This document shows, one piece after another, positions 62,950 to 64,000 of a stretch of DNA of 64,000 nt (the stretch's first letter is position 1; each line of letters begins with the position of its first letter). The DNA is taken from positions 19,716,001 to 19,780,000 of the forward strand of contig OX597824.1 of NCBI GenBank assembly GCA_951406725.2. The letters run 5' to 3'. This DNA is from Octopus vulgaris (taxonomy: Eukaryota). The notes under the pieces were generated by a model that worked only from the letters and a program-made list of their open reading frames with translations, was not told the origin of the DNA and ran no database searches. The position numbers were made by a program, and so were the translations under genes.

Positions 62950-63345
62950 CTGAATTTATTAGTATCCGAAGTAAGTGTTCTGAAAGTGTGGTATTCAAAG
63001 TACGGAATGAAAAAATGTTCAAGGTGCTGTTACGTCTGATGGCAACAAGAGGATTCTCTGTCAGTGAAGAATTAGATTGTATGATATCTGTGAATGACTG
63101 CATTGTTGCATGGTAGCATGGTAATAAATCAAGCGCTTTGCGGGGTTGATTGTGGGCAAGTGGAGCAAATATGCTCAGCTGGACGTATAGTTTTAATATG
63201 CAGGGCAGAGCTGGGAGAAAAGTTGGGTATAATAGGAATCTGAGGGATTGAAAGGTCTTACCATCAAGGGTTAAGTGAAGTATTCGTTAAGTGTGTGTGA
63301 GTTGGTTGAGGGCAGGGTTTTGGTGTACAAATGAAATTTGGAGCA
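62950..63345 (-). pseudogene. Possible highly decayed Penelope-like RT C-terminal/linker remnant
   Basis: Frame-shifted minus-strand peptides LYTK..STNSH, IP..YTQL and YH...II..N...NPLVAIRRN loosely resemble PLE motifs in the expected order; weak. Confidence 0.25.
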
Positions 63346-63411
63346 GTGCTGGAAGTAACGTATATGTAATATTAGAATCTTTGATAGTTATGAAGTAAAT
63401 TGTACTCTATC

Positions 63412-63590
63412 AACATTTAATGTCCATTTTCCATGCTGGCATAGGGATTGGATGGCTTGACAAGAACTGGCAAGACCCGGGGCCACACCAGATTCCATAT
63501 TCTGTTTTGGCTTCGTTTCTACTGCTTGATCCCCTTCCTAATACCAACAATCTTACAGAGTGTACTGGGTGCTTTTTACATGGCACCATG
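63412..63590 (-). mobile_element. SINE family C
   Basis: CATTTAATGTCCATTTTCCATGCTGGCAT...CCCTTCCTAATACCAAC; a short fragment also at ~62133-62187. Confidence 0.7.
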
Positions 63591-63694
63591 ATTCTAGGTT
63601 ATCGATTCTGTTATAGAGGATGGGTCTTTCTGTGTACAGAATTGTGCCTTATAAAAACAATAATGAATTTTATATGTAAAGTTGTTCATGTGGC

Positions 63695-63914
63695 TTAGCC
63701 CTTCTGTTACCATATTTCTGTTGAGAGATGTTCTAAGTTCCTTTCAATTAATTTTAAATATAAGAAAGAGTTTAGTAAAATAACTTATCATTAAGCTAGT
63801 GTTAGGAACATAAATTGTGACTAAGGTTTTATTTTAATTTAAAACTTATGAAAACAAGACATTTGTACTCAGAGCAAGAGCCAGTTTCAGCCGGGTTGGT
63901 AATGGAAGGGTTAA
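63695..63914 (+). mobile_element. piggyBac-type MITE family 1, diverged copy
   Basis: TTAG-CCCTTCTGTTACC...GGTAATGGAAGGG-TTAA; body matches the 33461 and 62278 copies. Confidence 0.85.
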
Positions 63915-64000
63915 ACAGTAAAAATGGATTAAAATACCAGCAATAAGAATTATTCATACACTGATCTTGTATATATGCATGTAAAGAATTACAATTATTA

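Larger units (their letters stand above)
15470..64000 (+). other. Inferred giant first intron of the BCL11-like gene (continues beyond the window)
   Basis: Canonical donor at 15470. No exon encoding the expected C2HC finger (L.TCG.C...F.L.DI..FI.HK) or any other credible coding exon was seen downstream; content is repeats plus unique non-coding islands. Confidence 0.6.

Overview
This is AT-rich, microsatellite- and SINE-saturated animal genomic DNA. The repeat families look like those of octopus (coleoid cephalopod); that is recognition from memory, not a database result. I can support only one protein-coding piece: a 52-nt first coding exon at 15418-15469 (+) encoding MSRRKQGKPQQRKTIDS, followed by a perfect GTAAGT phase-1 donor. 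This is the N-terminal NuRD-recruiting motif of the BCL11/SALL/FOG zinc-finger repressors and best matches BCL11 (MSRRKQGKPQ). No second exon was found, so the remaining ~48.5 kb is read as a giant first intron and the first ~13 kb as upstream regulatory territory. Almost every ORF in the supplied track is a microsatellite or repeat artefact. The non-coding part holds several tRNA-derived SINE families, two TTAA/CCC...GGG piggyBac-type MITE families, two non-autonomous Helitrons, Penelope-like fragments with hammerhead-ribozyme motifs, nested inverted repeats, a 60-bp minisatellite carrying the BCL11 motif, and unique islands with TF-motif clusters. I do not see a clearly novel multi-gene system. 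The best leads are regulatory and RNA-structural.
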